NCBI GenBank assembly: GCA_040387855.1
Contig: JAZKCY010000001.1
Location: 317,857 to 381,856, forward strand
Source: Patescibacteria group bacterium
GTDB lineage: Bacteria; Patescibacteriota; Minisyncoccia; Phycocordibacterales; JAKAEA01
Direction: 5' to 3'
Length of the DNA stretch: 64,000 bases
The translations under genes were made by a program, and so were the position numbers. Shown here in pieces: positions 56,700-64,000 of the stretch. Positions within the stretch are counted from its first letter, which is position 1; each line of letters begins with the position of its first letter. The notes beneath the pieces are model-generated. The model saw only the letters and a list, made by a program, of their open reading frames with translations, was not told where the DNA came from and searched no databases.

Positions 56700-57033
56700 A
56701 ATGTTTTTTCTTTAATTTTTCTAATACCTCATCTAAGCGCTCAAATTTTTCCTCCCATATCTTTCTATACTCCTCTATATATTCATATGCAAACTTCATC
56801 GCAGGAGGGGAGAGAGCAATATATTGATGCGTACCTTCACGTCGCTTTTCTATTAAATGTGCTTTTGCTAATACTTGAATATGTTTAGAGACTGCAGCAA
56901 GTGTGAGATCATATCGTTCTGCGAGTTCATTCACAGATAGTTCTTTCTTGGCTACGCGCTTTAATATATCTCGACGGGTGGGATCCGCGAGGGAATAAAA
57001 GATACGATCAATGTCTAATTTATATTCAACCAT
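56692..57033 (-). CDS. ArsR/SmtB-family transcriptional regulator
   Basis: FYSLADPTRRDILKRVAKKELSVNELAERYDLTLAAVSKHIQVLAKAHLI. Confidence 0.75.
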   Translation of the reverse strand: MVEYKLDIDRIFYSLADPTRRDILKRVAKKELSVNELAERYDLTLAAVSKHIQVLAKAHLIEKRREGTHQYIALSPPAMKFAYEYIEEYRKIWEEKFERLDEVLEKLKKKHYG

Positions 57034-57087
57034 TTAGTTGAATAATATACTATATGAGTTTTTATGTCAAATAAAAAACCGACATGG

Positions 57088-57852
57088 TCAGAGGATCTGA
57101 TTCATGCCGGCAACGGTGATCTTGAGGTTTTCGTACAGCCCGGGCACACCAACTGTGCTGTAGGATTGGCCATCTGGAGCAATGAACACGAGGTCACAGT
57201 CGCATACGAGCTCATTGCAGCCCGGGCAGGTTTGGTAGCGATCAAACACCTCCTGCTCGAGATCGATACCACGCACGTATGCGAGCGTGAGTAGCCAGCT
57301 GAGTACATCTGCAGCTTCGAGCTCAGACTGGTGATCTGCCATACCACCACGAAGAGGTGTATGTGGGCCTCTCGACTGGATGATGCTCAGTTCACCGACT
57401 TCGCTTACGAGCCTGCCGTAGATCTTCCAGAACTTGTCGCCCTGAAGGTGTCGCCAGCCGTAGACGGTCTTGAGGTGCTCTTGCCACCGTCTCAACGTCC
57501 AGCCGCGCTGCTCATCATGCAGCTTGTAATCCTTTGGGTCGGGACGGGTTGCATCATTGCAGTCGCAGGGCATGTGCGTGCAGTACAAGCAGCCATACGG
57601 CGGGAACTTGTACATCATCCCGCGCTCAAGGTCGACGCGACCATTGAAGAAATTGACTACGTTGTAGAAGTAGCTGACACTTCTCGCAAGTCGTCCGGGC
57701 AGGCGCTCGCTTTTCCGCTCCGCATCAGCGATCTTGCCGACGCGGTAGATCATATGGCCTGCACGTTCCGGGAACGAACCTCCGGTGTGTTGAACACGAC
57801 GGTTGTACATCCGGTTGAAATGGTTCTGCAGTCCGAGAATGGTGGTTTCCAT
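57088..57852 (-). CDS. Cys-rich protein with C-terminal MazG-like nucleotide pyrophosphohydrolase motifs, encoded in a high-GC island
   Basis: LVSEVGELSII and ELEAADVLSWLLTLAYVRGIDLEQEV match the MazG E-x-x-E-x-G-E-L / E-x-x-D-x-L pattern; CxxC pairs CLYCTHMPCDC and CPGCNELVCDC; about 60% GC. Confidence 0.4.
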   Translation of the reverse strand: METTILGLQNHFNRMYNRRVQHTGGSFPERAGHMIYRVGKIADAERKSERLPGRLARSVSYFYNVVNFFNGRVDLERGMMYKFPPYGCLYCTHMPCDCNDATRPDPKDYKLHDEQRGWTLRRWQEHLKTVYGWRHLQGDKFWKIYGRLVSEVGELSIIQSRGPHTPLRGGMADHQSELEAADVLSWLLTLAYVRGIDLEQEVFDRYQTCPGCNELVCDCDLVFIAPDGQSYSTVGVPGLYENLKITVAGMNQIL

Positions 57853-57917
57853 GTGACGCGCTCCTACGTGGTGTTGTGGTCGTAGTACAGAAGAACGACG
57901 ATCGTTCTGTCGCTATA

Positions 57918-58721
57918 CTATTGCTGTGGGTACCAATTTGCAAGTACTACTTCAATATTTGAGTCTCCAGTATTTACAAGTGTTTTAAATTTAGCCACAT
58001 CTGCTAATCCATCTTGTCCGCGGTAGTGGTAGGGATATACGATCTTTGGTTTGAATGCGAGCACTGCTTGAGCTGCATCTTCAACACCCATAGTGAATGG
58101 AAGATTCATAGGAACAAATGCCATATCAATATCAGTGAGTGCTTTCATTTCTGGAGTTGGTCCGGTATCACCAGCAACATACACTCGGTAGCCATCTCGC
58201 TCAATTATGTATCCATTGCCTCGGCCTTTTGTATGTCTGCTATCTGTTGCTTCAGGATAGTTATACATAGGTACTGCGGTAATAGTGAAACCTTGTTCTG
58301 TTCGTGTCTGACCATTGTTCATTACAACTGCTCGTGATTTAAGATTTGCAGGAAGCAAATCAACTACTGCTTTTGGTGCGATAAGTGTAGAGCTGCCAAC
58401 GATAGTATTTAATGTACTGGTACTTAAGTGATCTCCATGGATATCAGTTACAAGAATGATATTTGGTGGTTGAATTCCTTGAAAGTTTGCTGCGCCACCC
58501 GTTGGATCCAAAAAGATATTTTTATTTGCCCAAGTGAGAACTCCGGTTGCATGTGAAAGCGGAATCACTGTTACAGGAACATTTTGTTGCTGTGTATTTC
58601 CTGTCTGATTGGTTGAGGTTGCTAACGGTTGAGTCCCATCTGTTGTTGTAGTTCTATTTAAAAGTGAAAACAAGGCGATTATTATAATAATTACTAAAAT
58701 TATGGGTATGATTCTTTTCAT
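57918..58721 (-). CDS. secreted MBL-fold metallo-hydrolase
   Basis: N-terminal TM/signal, HxHxDH motif in ILVTDIHGDHLS. Confidence 0.7.
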   Translation of the reverse strand: MKRIIPIILVIIIIIALFSLLNRTTTTDGTQPLATSTNQTGNTQQQNVPVTVIPLSHATGVLTWANKNIFLDPTGGAANFQGIQPPNIILVTDIHGDHLSTSTLNTIVGSSTLIAPKAVVDLLPANLKSRAVVMNNGQTRTEQGFTITAVPMYNYPEATDSRHTKGRGNGYIIERDGYRVYVAGDTGPTPEMKALTDIDMAFVPMNLPFTMGVEDAAQAVLAFKPKIVYPYHYRGQDGLADVAKFKTLVNTGDSNIEVVLANWYPQQ

Positions 58722-58799
58722 ATAAGTTCATTATACCAACTAGTAATAGGTCAACAATACTAAGACGTGTGAGAACTAAGAATCTGTATTTTTAAGTAT

Positions 58800-58826
58800 A
58801 AAAAAACCGTGTCGAAACACGGGTGT
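58800..58826 (-). terminator. rho-independent terminator (minus strand) after the high-GC gene 58859..59371
   Basis: ccgtgt-cgaa-acacgg hairpin with T-run on the minus strand (the plus strand shows the preceding A-run). Confidence 0.55.
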
Positions 58827-58858
58827 CATGAAATCTACGACAAGAACTGATGGTGCAC

Positions 58859-59371
58859 TTACGGCTTGATCCACACCGCAGTGGACTCTGCTGAGATCGT
58901 CGTTGATGTGCTACCAGTGGAGCTCACGGTTATGCGAACTCCCTGGCCGGTCACGCTGTAGACGCCACCTCTTTGGAAACCGCTAATGCTCTTGCTAACC
59001 GTGGTGTCGGTCGAGTAGACCTTGAACGTGGCAAGTGCCACTTGGCGCATAGTGCCAGTGGTTTGCTGTTGGCGGATCACCAGCCGAGTATGTGTGGCCC
59101 GAGGACCACTTGGGTTGATGGTGTAGGTGAACTTCACCGTCGCCGCACCCGTAAGCGTATTACGGGCGACGATCTGCCGCTGCAGGTAGAGCGGTGGTTG
59201 TACCCGCGTTACCGAGGTTGTGGTCACCGCTCTAAGGTTGTAGGTGTAAGCAGCCTGTGCCACCGAGTCGAGAATCGATGTCGCGCCTCCACCGAGGCCA
59301 ACCGACATCACAGTACGATTTTCGAGACATTCAACATACGGAAGCATGAAACGTAGTCCTTCTGCATGCAA
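58859..59371 (-). CDS. secreted Thr/Ser-rich protein with N-terminal LENR motif, encoded in a high-GC island
   Basis: TTG start; N-terminus MLPYVECLENRTVMSVGLGGG shares the LExRxxxS motif with the RTX-like paralogs; beta-rich TxT repeats; about 60% GC. Confidence 0.4.
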   Translation of the reverse strand: MHAEGLRFMLPYVECLENRTVMSVGLGGGATSILDSVAQAAYTYNLRAVTTTSVTRVQPPLYLQRQIVARNTLTGAATVKFTYTINPSGPRATHTRLVIRQQQTTGTMRQVALATFKVYSTDTTVSKSISGFQRGGVYSVTGQGVRITVSSTGSTSTTISAESTAVWIKP

Positions 59372-59439
59372 ACGAAAAGGAGCAGCCGTGCTCCTTGTTC
59401 ATCTGCGGGAACTGAACCGAACGGTACAATACCAAAAAA

Positions 59440-59628
59440 TCAGGAAAATCTCAAGCCTTCTTTTTTAAGTGCAGCTCGCAAGAGTGGAAGTGAACCTGGT
59501 CCCATGCCGTGAAGAGCTAAGATTTCTTTTTCAGAATATCTTGAGAGTTTTTTGAGGGAATCTATACCAGCATTAAGTAATGCTCTTTGTGCTGGTGCAG
59601 AAAGTTTTATTTGACTAATTTCTTTCAT
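59440..59628 (-). CDS. small helix-hairpin-helix (HhH) domain protein
   Basis: LHGMGPGSLPLLRAALK (GhG hairpin) in a 62-aa ORF. Confidence 0.4.
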   Translation of the reverse strand: MKEISQIKLSAPAQRALLNAGIDSLKKLSRYSEKEILALHGMGPGSLPLLRAALKKEGLRFS

Positions 59629-59635
59629 AAGCTAA

Positions 59636-60019
59636 TTACATAAATACAAAATATGCAGCAATAATAATTGCTGCTTGTGCGAGTACATACGTAGTATCAG
59701 TAATAATTGCATACTTACTTTTACCTGAGAAAAGACTTGTTGCTTTAATGAATACTGCGACCATACACACAATGAGAATGGCAAATGGTAGGGAAAGAAC
59801 AAGGGCGAGATTCAAAACCCATGCAAATAAAATAGTTCCTAATCCTTGTGACAAAAGAATTAATCCAAGAGGTCGGCCGGGAACAGCTGGTGTACCCATG
59901 CCTGCACGCCATTTGTTTCCAAACATTTTTGGTGAAAACCATAATGATCCAAGTGAGAAAGCAATAAAAGCCCCTATAATAACTGACAACCAATTTATAT
60001 TAGTTAGAAGTGATTCCAT
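59636..60019 (-). CDS. small 4-TM membrane protein (DUF1761-like)
   Basis: 127-aa hydrophobic ORF NINWLSVIIGAFIAFSLGSLWFSPKMFGNKW. Confidence 0.45.
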   Translation of the reverse strand: MESLLTNINWLSVIIGAFIAFSLGSLWFSPKMFGNKWRAGMGTPAVPGRPLGLILLSQGLGTILFAWVLNLALVLSLPFAILIVCMVAVFIKATSLFSGKSKYAIITDTTYVLAQAAIIIAAYFVFM

Positions 60020-60100
60020 AAAAATATTTATTAAATGATATTTAAAGTATAGCAGAGTTAGAATAATCTAGCATAAAAAAAACGCATACAGCCAGGAAGT

Positions 60101-60259
60101 TTACTTGGTCGGTATATGCGTTGGGGGATTGCGTGGTGTTTGCGGGACGCGGTATTCTTTGCCGCAATAGATACACCACATCTGCTTGCCGCGCGTATGT
60201 TCGTCTACAGACTGGGTTTTGACGCAGCGCGGATTGGGACAATAGAGTTTCACGGGCAT
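60101..60259 (-). CDS. 52-aa zinc-ribbon protein encoded in a high-GC micro-island, not in ORF track
   Basis: manual translation MPVKLYCPNPRCVKTQSVDEHTRGKQMWCIYCGKEYRVPQTPRNPPTHIPTK (CxxxxC ... CxxC); AAGGAG 7 nt upstream of ATG; preferred over the overlapping 91-aa track ORF 60042..60317. Confidence 0.3.
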   Translation of the reverse strand: MPVKLYCPNPRCVKTQSVDEHTRGKQMWCIYCGKEYRVPQTPRNPPTHIPTK

Positions 60260-60431
60260 GGTTGGCTCCTTTCACTCTACCTATCCATAATGGTACAGCT
60301 ATTTGGCATTTATACAACGGATAACATGAATATTGTATTAAAAATATAAATGGAAAACCCGCCGACGATACAGCTGACGGAGGGTTTCCATCGGCCGCTT
60401 TGTGGCGGGGTGTGTGAGGTACTTGTGAAGG

Positions 60432-61088
60432 TCATCGACGACGGCGACGAGCGAGAAGTCCTATGCCAGCGAGTCCTGTTAGTGCAACGGATCCTGGCTC
60501 AGGCGCTTGGGTCAGCACGAAGGTCTTGATCTCGACGTGGGAAGCTGGACCGCGGAGGTCGAAGTGGTAGACCGCGGTGAGTGTGCCGTTCGAGCTTTTG
60601 CTCAGACTTCCGATGGCATTGTCGACGAGGCCTGATGACAGAGTAAACTGCACCATGCCCACATCGAGTTGGCCCATCGAATCGTTGATGTGATCGAGAT
60701 CGATGGCACCGGCAAACGTTGCCGGTGTACCATGGGTTTCGCTGAACGGCAGGGTCTGCGTGCTTGCGCTTCGCATCGAGCGGATGTCTCGACCGGTCAT
60801 CTTCACATCCACCGAGTACGTGTAGTACTCCTTTTGTTGGTATGTGATTTCCACGAGATCGATCGTCGCACTCGTTATGAGTCGAGCCGCGAGCGATCCT
60901 GTTGAGGGATCGATCGAGTACTGCTGCGAGATGATTCCAGAGTCGATCGTCATGACCGTCTGGGAATCGGACTTGATCCCGGACGCGCTCAAGGGGTTGA
61001 GGGTGATGAGCGAAGCCTGCGTGGCCGAGCTCAGGGAGAGAATGGCCACGATGAATGCGAGAGCGGACTTCATTGAGAATCCCTTCAC
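60432..61088 (-). CDS. PEP-CTERM sorting-signal secreted protein (exosortase substrate type), encoded in a high-GC island
   Basis: signal peptide MKSALAFIVAILSLSSATQA; C-terminus PEPGSVALTGLAGIGLLARRRRR (PEP motif + TM + Arg cluster); about 60% GC. Confidence 0.6.
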   Translation of the reverse strand: MKGFSMKSALAFIVAILSLSSATQASLITLNPLSASGIKSDSQTVMTIDSGIISQQYSIDPSTGSLAARLITSATIDLVEITYQQKEYYTYSVDVKMTGRDIRSMRSASTQTLPFSETHGTPATFAGAIDLDHINDSMGQLDVGMVQFTLSSGLVDNAIGSLSKSSNGTLTAVYHFDLRGPASHVEIKTFVLTQAPEPGSVALTGLAGIGLLARRRRR

Positions 61089-61183
61089 GATTTCACTGCT
61101 ACATTGCTTGGGGCACTATGCCTTTCACAATAGCTGAGTCTGTGTGTATTATATCATATTTAGGTAAAAAGTCAATATTTAAT

Positions 61184-61666
61184 TTAAATAAGATTTGAGA
61201 GAAAATATCCAACAAAATAAGCAATTACTGCAGCTACTGTTCCAATCATGAGTGTTGCACACGCAGCCCAAGCTCTATTTGTATTTGTAACTTTTCCTTT
61301 TACATATCCCACGAAGATAAATGCAAGGCCAGTGAGAATACATGACATAAGAAATGTGTCTATTCCCGTAGGAACTATGAATGAGAAAAGTGGTACAAAT
61401 CCAATAACTACAAAAGATACAAATGTTATAAATGCAGCTGTAATTGGTTTTTTCTCTGCACTGTTGTGACCTAGATCTTCTTCAGATTTTGAGGATAAAT
61501 AATTTGAGGCTGCCATAGAAAATCCGTCGGCAAAAAGATTTGCAAATCCTAAAATTAAAATAACAGCAGGTGATAGTGATGCTCCAATAACTCCAGATAC
61601 AACAGCAAATGTTGTTACGAGGCCATCAATACTTCCAAAGATAAAGTCAGGTAAATATTTTTTCAT
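61184..61666 (-). CDS. VIT1/CCC1-family Fe/Mn transporter-like membrane protein
   Basis: GSIDGLVTTFAVVSGVIGA and ILGFANLFADGFSMAASNYLS signatures. Confidence 0.55.
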   Translation of the reverse strand: MKKYLPDFIFGSIDGLVTTFAVVSGVIGASLSPAVILILGFANLFADGFSMAASNYLSSKSEEDLGHNSAEKKPITAAFITFVSFVVIGFVPLFSFIVPTGIDTFLMSCILTGLAFIFVGYVKGKVTNTNRAWAACATLMIGTVAAVIAYFVGYFLSNLI

Positions 61667-61686
61667 GTTGTACTAGTATATACGGA

Positions 61687-62298
61687 TTACTTTTCCCACT
61701 CAACTATTGTTCCAGCTTTAAGCTCCAAGGCATCTGCTCGGCGAATAAACTTTTTATTTATTTTGGGATAAAAAGGAACATGAGGAGACTTGTCTATATG
61801 TGCTGCAAGATCAAATAACTCTACTTCTGTAGTGATCCATTCAGTACCAAATTTTTTGAGATTTACAGGACGGGTATAGCTTTGTAATACTTTCTCACCA
61901 GTTTCATAATGAAAATATTCATGAAAATATGACATCATAAGTTCGCGAACTGTTTTGTAAACCGGATCACGAAATCGTACAGTAGAGTGATTTGATTTTG
62001 AAATAGCTCCCCATAAGCCATTTATTTTGTAGAGTGCAACACTGTGATCGTCATCATAGGGATGGGCTTTTAGATTTATAATAATTGGTTCTTGTCCGTT
62101 GATCCACAATACTGCTGCAGCAAAAAGAGCAGCTTCCATACAATGAGCTTTTTTCTCGCGTATGACTCTTCGAGGAGACATATTGGTTTCACCATTTGGC
62201 TCAAAGTTGAAGGGAAGAGTATCCAAAAAATCTTGAATCTTAATTGGAGAGTTTAGAGATCGTAGTTTTTTAAGCTCAAGTTTACTCAGATTAAACAT
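61687..62298 (-). CDS. transglutaminase-like / papain-fold cysteine peptidase domain protein
   Basis: candidate Cys-His-Asp arrangement AHCMEAALFAAAVLWINGQ ... DDDHSVALYKINGLWGAIS. Confidence 0.35.
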   Translation of the reverse strand: MFNLSKLELKKLRSLNSPIKIQDFLDTLPFNFEPNGETNMSPRRVIREKKAHCMEAALFAAAVLWINGQEPIIINLKAHPYDDDHSVALYKINGLWGAISKSNHSTVRFRDPVYKTVRELMMSYFHEYFHYETGEKVLQSYTRPVNLKKFGTEWITTEVELFDLAAHIDKSPHVPFYPKINKKFIRRADALELKAGTIVEWEK

Positions 62299-62302
62299 TA
62301 AC

Positions 62303-63484
62303 CTATTTTAGCTTTTTTGGGGTTTTATGAATAGGCAACGAGAAAAAGAACGTTGTGCCCGTACCAACTTTGCTTTCCAACCAAATTTTACCTCCATGAG
62401 ACTTTATAATTTCAGAGGTGATATAGAGTCCAAGTCCAAGACCTTTAATTTCTCGCTCTTTTTTACCATTAGTTCTATAGAATCGTTCAAAGATCTTTTC
62501 TTGCTGATCCCTCGCTATACCCATGCCAAAATCTTGAACACTAATGATAATATCTGTTTTGTTTTTGCTTATCTTAATAGCTATCTTTTTACTATCTGGA
62601 GAATACTTAATAGCATTGGTTAATAAGTTTATAAGTACCTGACTAATACGTTCTTTATCAGCAAAAATCTTAATGCCTGTTGAACCTGACACAGTTATTT
62701 TATGCGTATCTGTAGAGTATTGGAATGTCTCAACCTCTTCATGAACTGCCTTATCCAATAAGAAATGATTTCGATGCATTGCCATTGTTCCAGATTGAAT
62801 CGAATACACATTGAGGAAAGAACTCATCATGCTACTTAATCTATCAATTTGAGAATCAATTTTATTTGAAATAAAAAGGGAATTGATATCTTTATCTTTT
62901 TTATGGCGCTTTTGCAAAAGCTGAATAAACATTTTGATACTTGTAAGAGGGGTTTTTAGTTCATGCGATGCCATTGCAATAAAATCATCTTTCTCTTTTT
63001 CAATTCTGCGTTGCTCAGTCACATCCTCAATGGCAAGTAAAATGAGCTCAGTTTGATGTCCCTCAAGTACTATACGTCGAGCATTGAGCATCATGGTTCG
63101 GGTGCCAATATCCTCAAAATGGTGAGTTACTTCATAATCATTAAAAACAGAATCTTTTGGGAGGATTTCTAAAAGGAGCTTTTTAAGTGGGGGAATGTCC
63201 CATTGTCCGTTACCAAGATCAAATATCTTTTTATTATAGGTTTCAGACTTTTTTACTTCAAACATCTCAAAGAAAGCCTTATTAGCTGTCTTAATGCATA
63301 AGTCTTCATTTAAGATGACGAGAGGTTCACGAACTGTTTCAACAATTGCTTCAGCGTAGGCAAACATGACTACCACATCTTCAACAGTTAGATTTTTTAT
63401 ATCTTTAATATCCTTAATATCCTTGAGGAGTTCGATGGCTTCATTGGCTTTCTCGTGAGCCTTGATGTTCTTTTTGTTTTTCAA
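62303..63484 (-). CDS. cytoplasmic sensor histidine kinase (PAS-HisKA-HATPase_c)
   Basis: H-box SHELKTPLTSIKMF, G-boxes GMGIARDQQEKIF / GLGLGLYITSEI. Confidence 0.8.
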   Translation of the reverse strand: MKNKKNIKAHEKANEAIELLKDIKDIKDIKNLTVEDVVVMFAYAEAIVETVREPLVILNEDLCIKTANKAFFEMFEVKKSETYNKKIFDLGNGQWDIPPLKKLLLEILPKDSVFNDYEVTHHFEDIGTRTMMLNARRIVLEGHQTELILLAIEDVTEQRRIEKEKDDFIAMASHELKTPLTSIKMFIQLLQKRHKKDKDINSLFISNKIDSQIDRLSSMMSSFLNVYSIQSGTMAMHRNHFLLDKAVHEEVETFQYSTDTHKITVSGSTGIKIFADKERISQVLINLLTNAIKYSPDSKKIAIKISKNKTDIIISVQDFGMGIARDQQEKIFERFYRTNGKKEREIKGLGLGLYITSEIIKSHGGKIWLESKVGTGTTFFFSLPIHKTPKKLK

Positions 63485-63549
63485 AAAAATAGGTAATTTG
63501 ACATTGGAACAGTATCATTATATGACATGTTTGTCGAGTGAGTTGAGAG

Positions 63550-64000
63550 CTAGATTTTTATTTGTTCTTTCATCCATAGTGGAAGCTTAAGTAACGTATG
63601 AGTTCCATCAGGATTGTGAACTACCATTCCACTATTAGAAGAAAATGCCCATGGCATAAGTAATGTGAACCCAGTATTTACCAATTTGTTTGAAATATCT
63701 ACAGTAGAAGTATAGTTTGCTTCTGTGTTATAGAGTTCAGAATTTCCAGCAATAGGATGCTCAATCGCTTGGGGATCATAATAATTATATCCTCCATACT
63801 CAACTACCCACTTAGGTTTATTTTTGACCCCGCTAAAATCAAATACTTGGTCAGCAGAATTTCTATAAATATGTAAGCTATATACATCTGTAGAATCATC
63901 TACAAGACGAGTTCTTTTTGCTTCATCTGAAAATAATTGGTATTTAGGTTGTTCACGTTCTTCAAGATCAGAAAATCCTACATAGGTAGAACCTACGAGA
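63550..64000 (-). CDS. hypothetical protein, 3' portion only (gene runs off the window end)
   Basis: open minus-strand frame from the window edge to a TAG near 63550 (…VVHNPDGTHTLLKLPLWMKEQIKI*); not in track because no start lies in the window; coordinates approximate. Confidence 0.3.
   Translation of the reverse strand, partial: LVGSTYVGFSDLEEREQPKYQLFSDEAKRTRLVDDSTDVYSLHIYRNSADQVFDFSGVKNKPKWVVEYGGYNYYDPQAIEHPIAGNSELYNTEANYTSTVDISNKLVNTGFTLLMPWAFSSNSGMVVHNPDGTHTLLKLPLWMKEQIKI

Noticed and set aside
60042-60317. Track ORFs 60042..60317 (-) and 60116..60349 (+) in the high-GC micro-island
   Set aside because: Both lack motifs and a ribosome-binding site. The alternative 52-aa frame has a perfect AAGGAG and a C4 zinc-ribbon pattern, so it was preferred (still low confidence).
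1-64000. CRISPR arrays, rRNA genes, tRNA genes, transposases/integrases, phage structural genes
   Set aside because: No regularly spaced direct repeats and no recognisable rRNA/tRNA conserved blocks were found on reading. No recombinase, transposase or phage motifs appeared in any six-frame ORF. The high-GC islands are not flanked by detectable direct or inverted repeats, att-like sites or recombinases.

Overview
This 64-kb window comes from a low-GC (about 35%) bacterial chromosome with compact, densely packed genes, many of them lacking an obvious Shine-Dalgarno sequence.

Housekeeping genes: an RpoD-type sigma-70 factor cut at its 5' end by the window edge, hisS, truB, typA and a mutS-mutL pair.

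Alpha-glucan/glycogen cluster: glgA, a GH57 enzyme, a GT2 glycosyltransferase and a GH13 enzyme.

DNA nucleases and helicases: a UvrD-like helicase fused to an Fe-S RecB-type nuclease, a DEDDy exonuclease, a DnaQ-exonuclease/GIY-YIG fusion, a thermonuclease and a HelD-like helicase.

Transporters: CPA2/Kef, SulP, ZIP and VIT1.

Signalling: three PAS-containing sensor kinases and a compact phosphorelay-like operon.

Metal/redox genes: a Fur-family regulator, ZIP, a YpfJ-like Zn peptidase, a CHRD protein with a Met/His tail, a DUF305 protein, a YibE/F protein, an HxlR regulator with an FMN reductase, and an ArsR regulator with an AHSA1 protein.

Other features: a large beta-helix surface protein, and many hairpin plus T-run terminators.

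The gene repertoire and style suggest a small-genome, CPR/Patescibacteria-like low-GC lineage; this is inference only.

No rRNA, tRNA, CRISPR array, transposase or integrase was recognised.

The most striking property is compositional. At least 12 discrete high-GC (about 58-65%) islands, each covering a single gene or a short run, sit in the AT-rich background. Their boundaries coincide with start and stop codons, and the intergenic signals around them are AT-rich and host-like. These islands encode secreted proteins of the Planctomycetes/Verrucomicrobia type: three RTX-like beta-roll paralogs, proteins with an N-terminal LExRxLLS-like motif, and a PEP-CTERM protein. They also encode a beta-carbonic-anhydrase-like protein next to the SulP transporter, a Cys-rich MazG-like protein, a zinc-ribbon protein and several unknown proteins.

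The second most interesting locus is a five-gene operon on the minus strand (37355-40223). It reads sensor kinase, stand-alone REC, stand-alone HisKA (DHp) domain, small sigma-region-2-like ORF, stand-alone REC. A single in-frame TAA separates the last two ORFs. This looks like an uncharacterised phosphorelay or partner-switching module.

Coordinates taken from the ORF track are exact. Coordinates for manually located small ORFs, hairpins and repeats are approximate (within a few bases).
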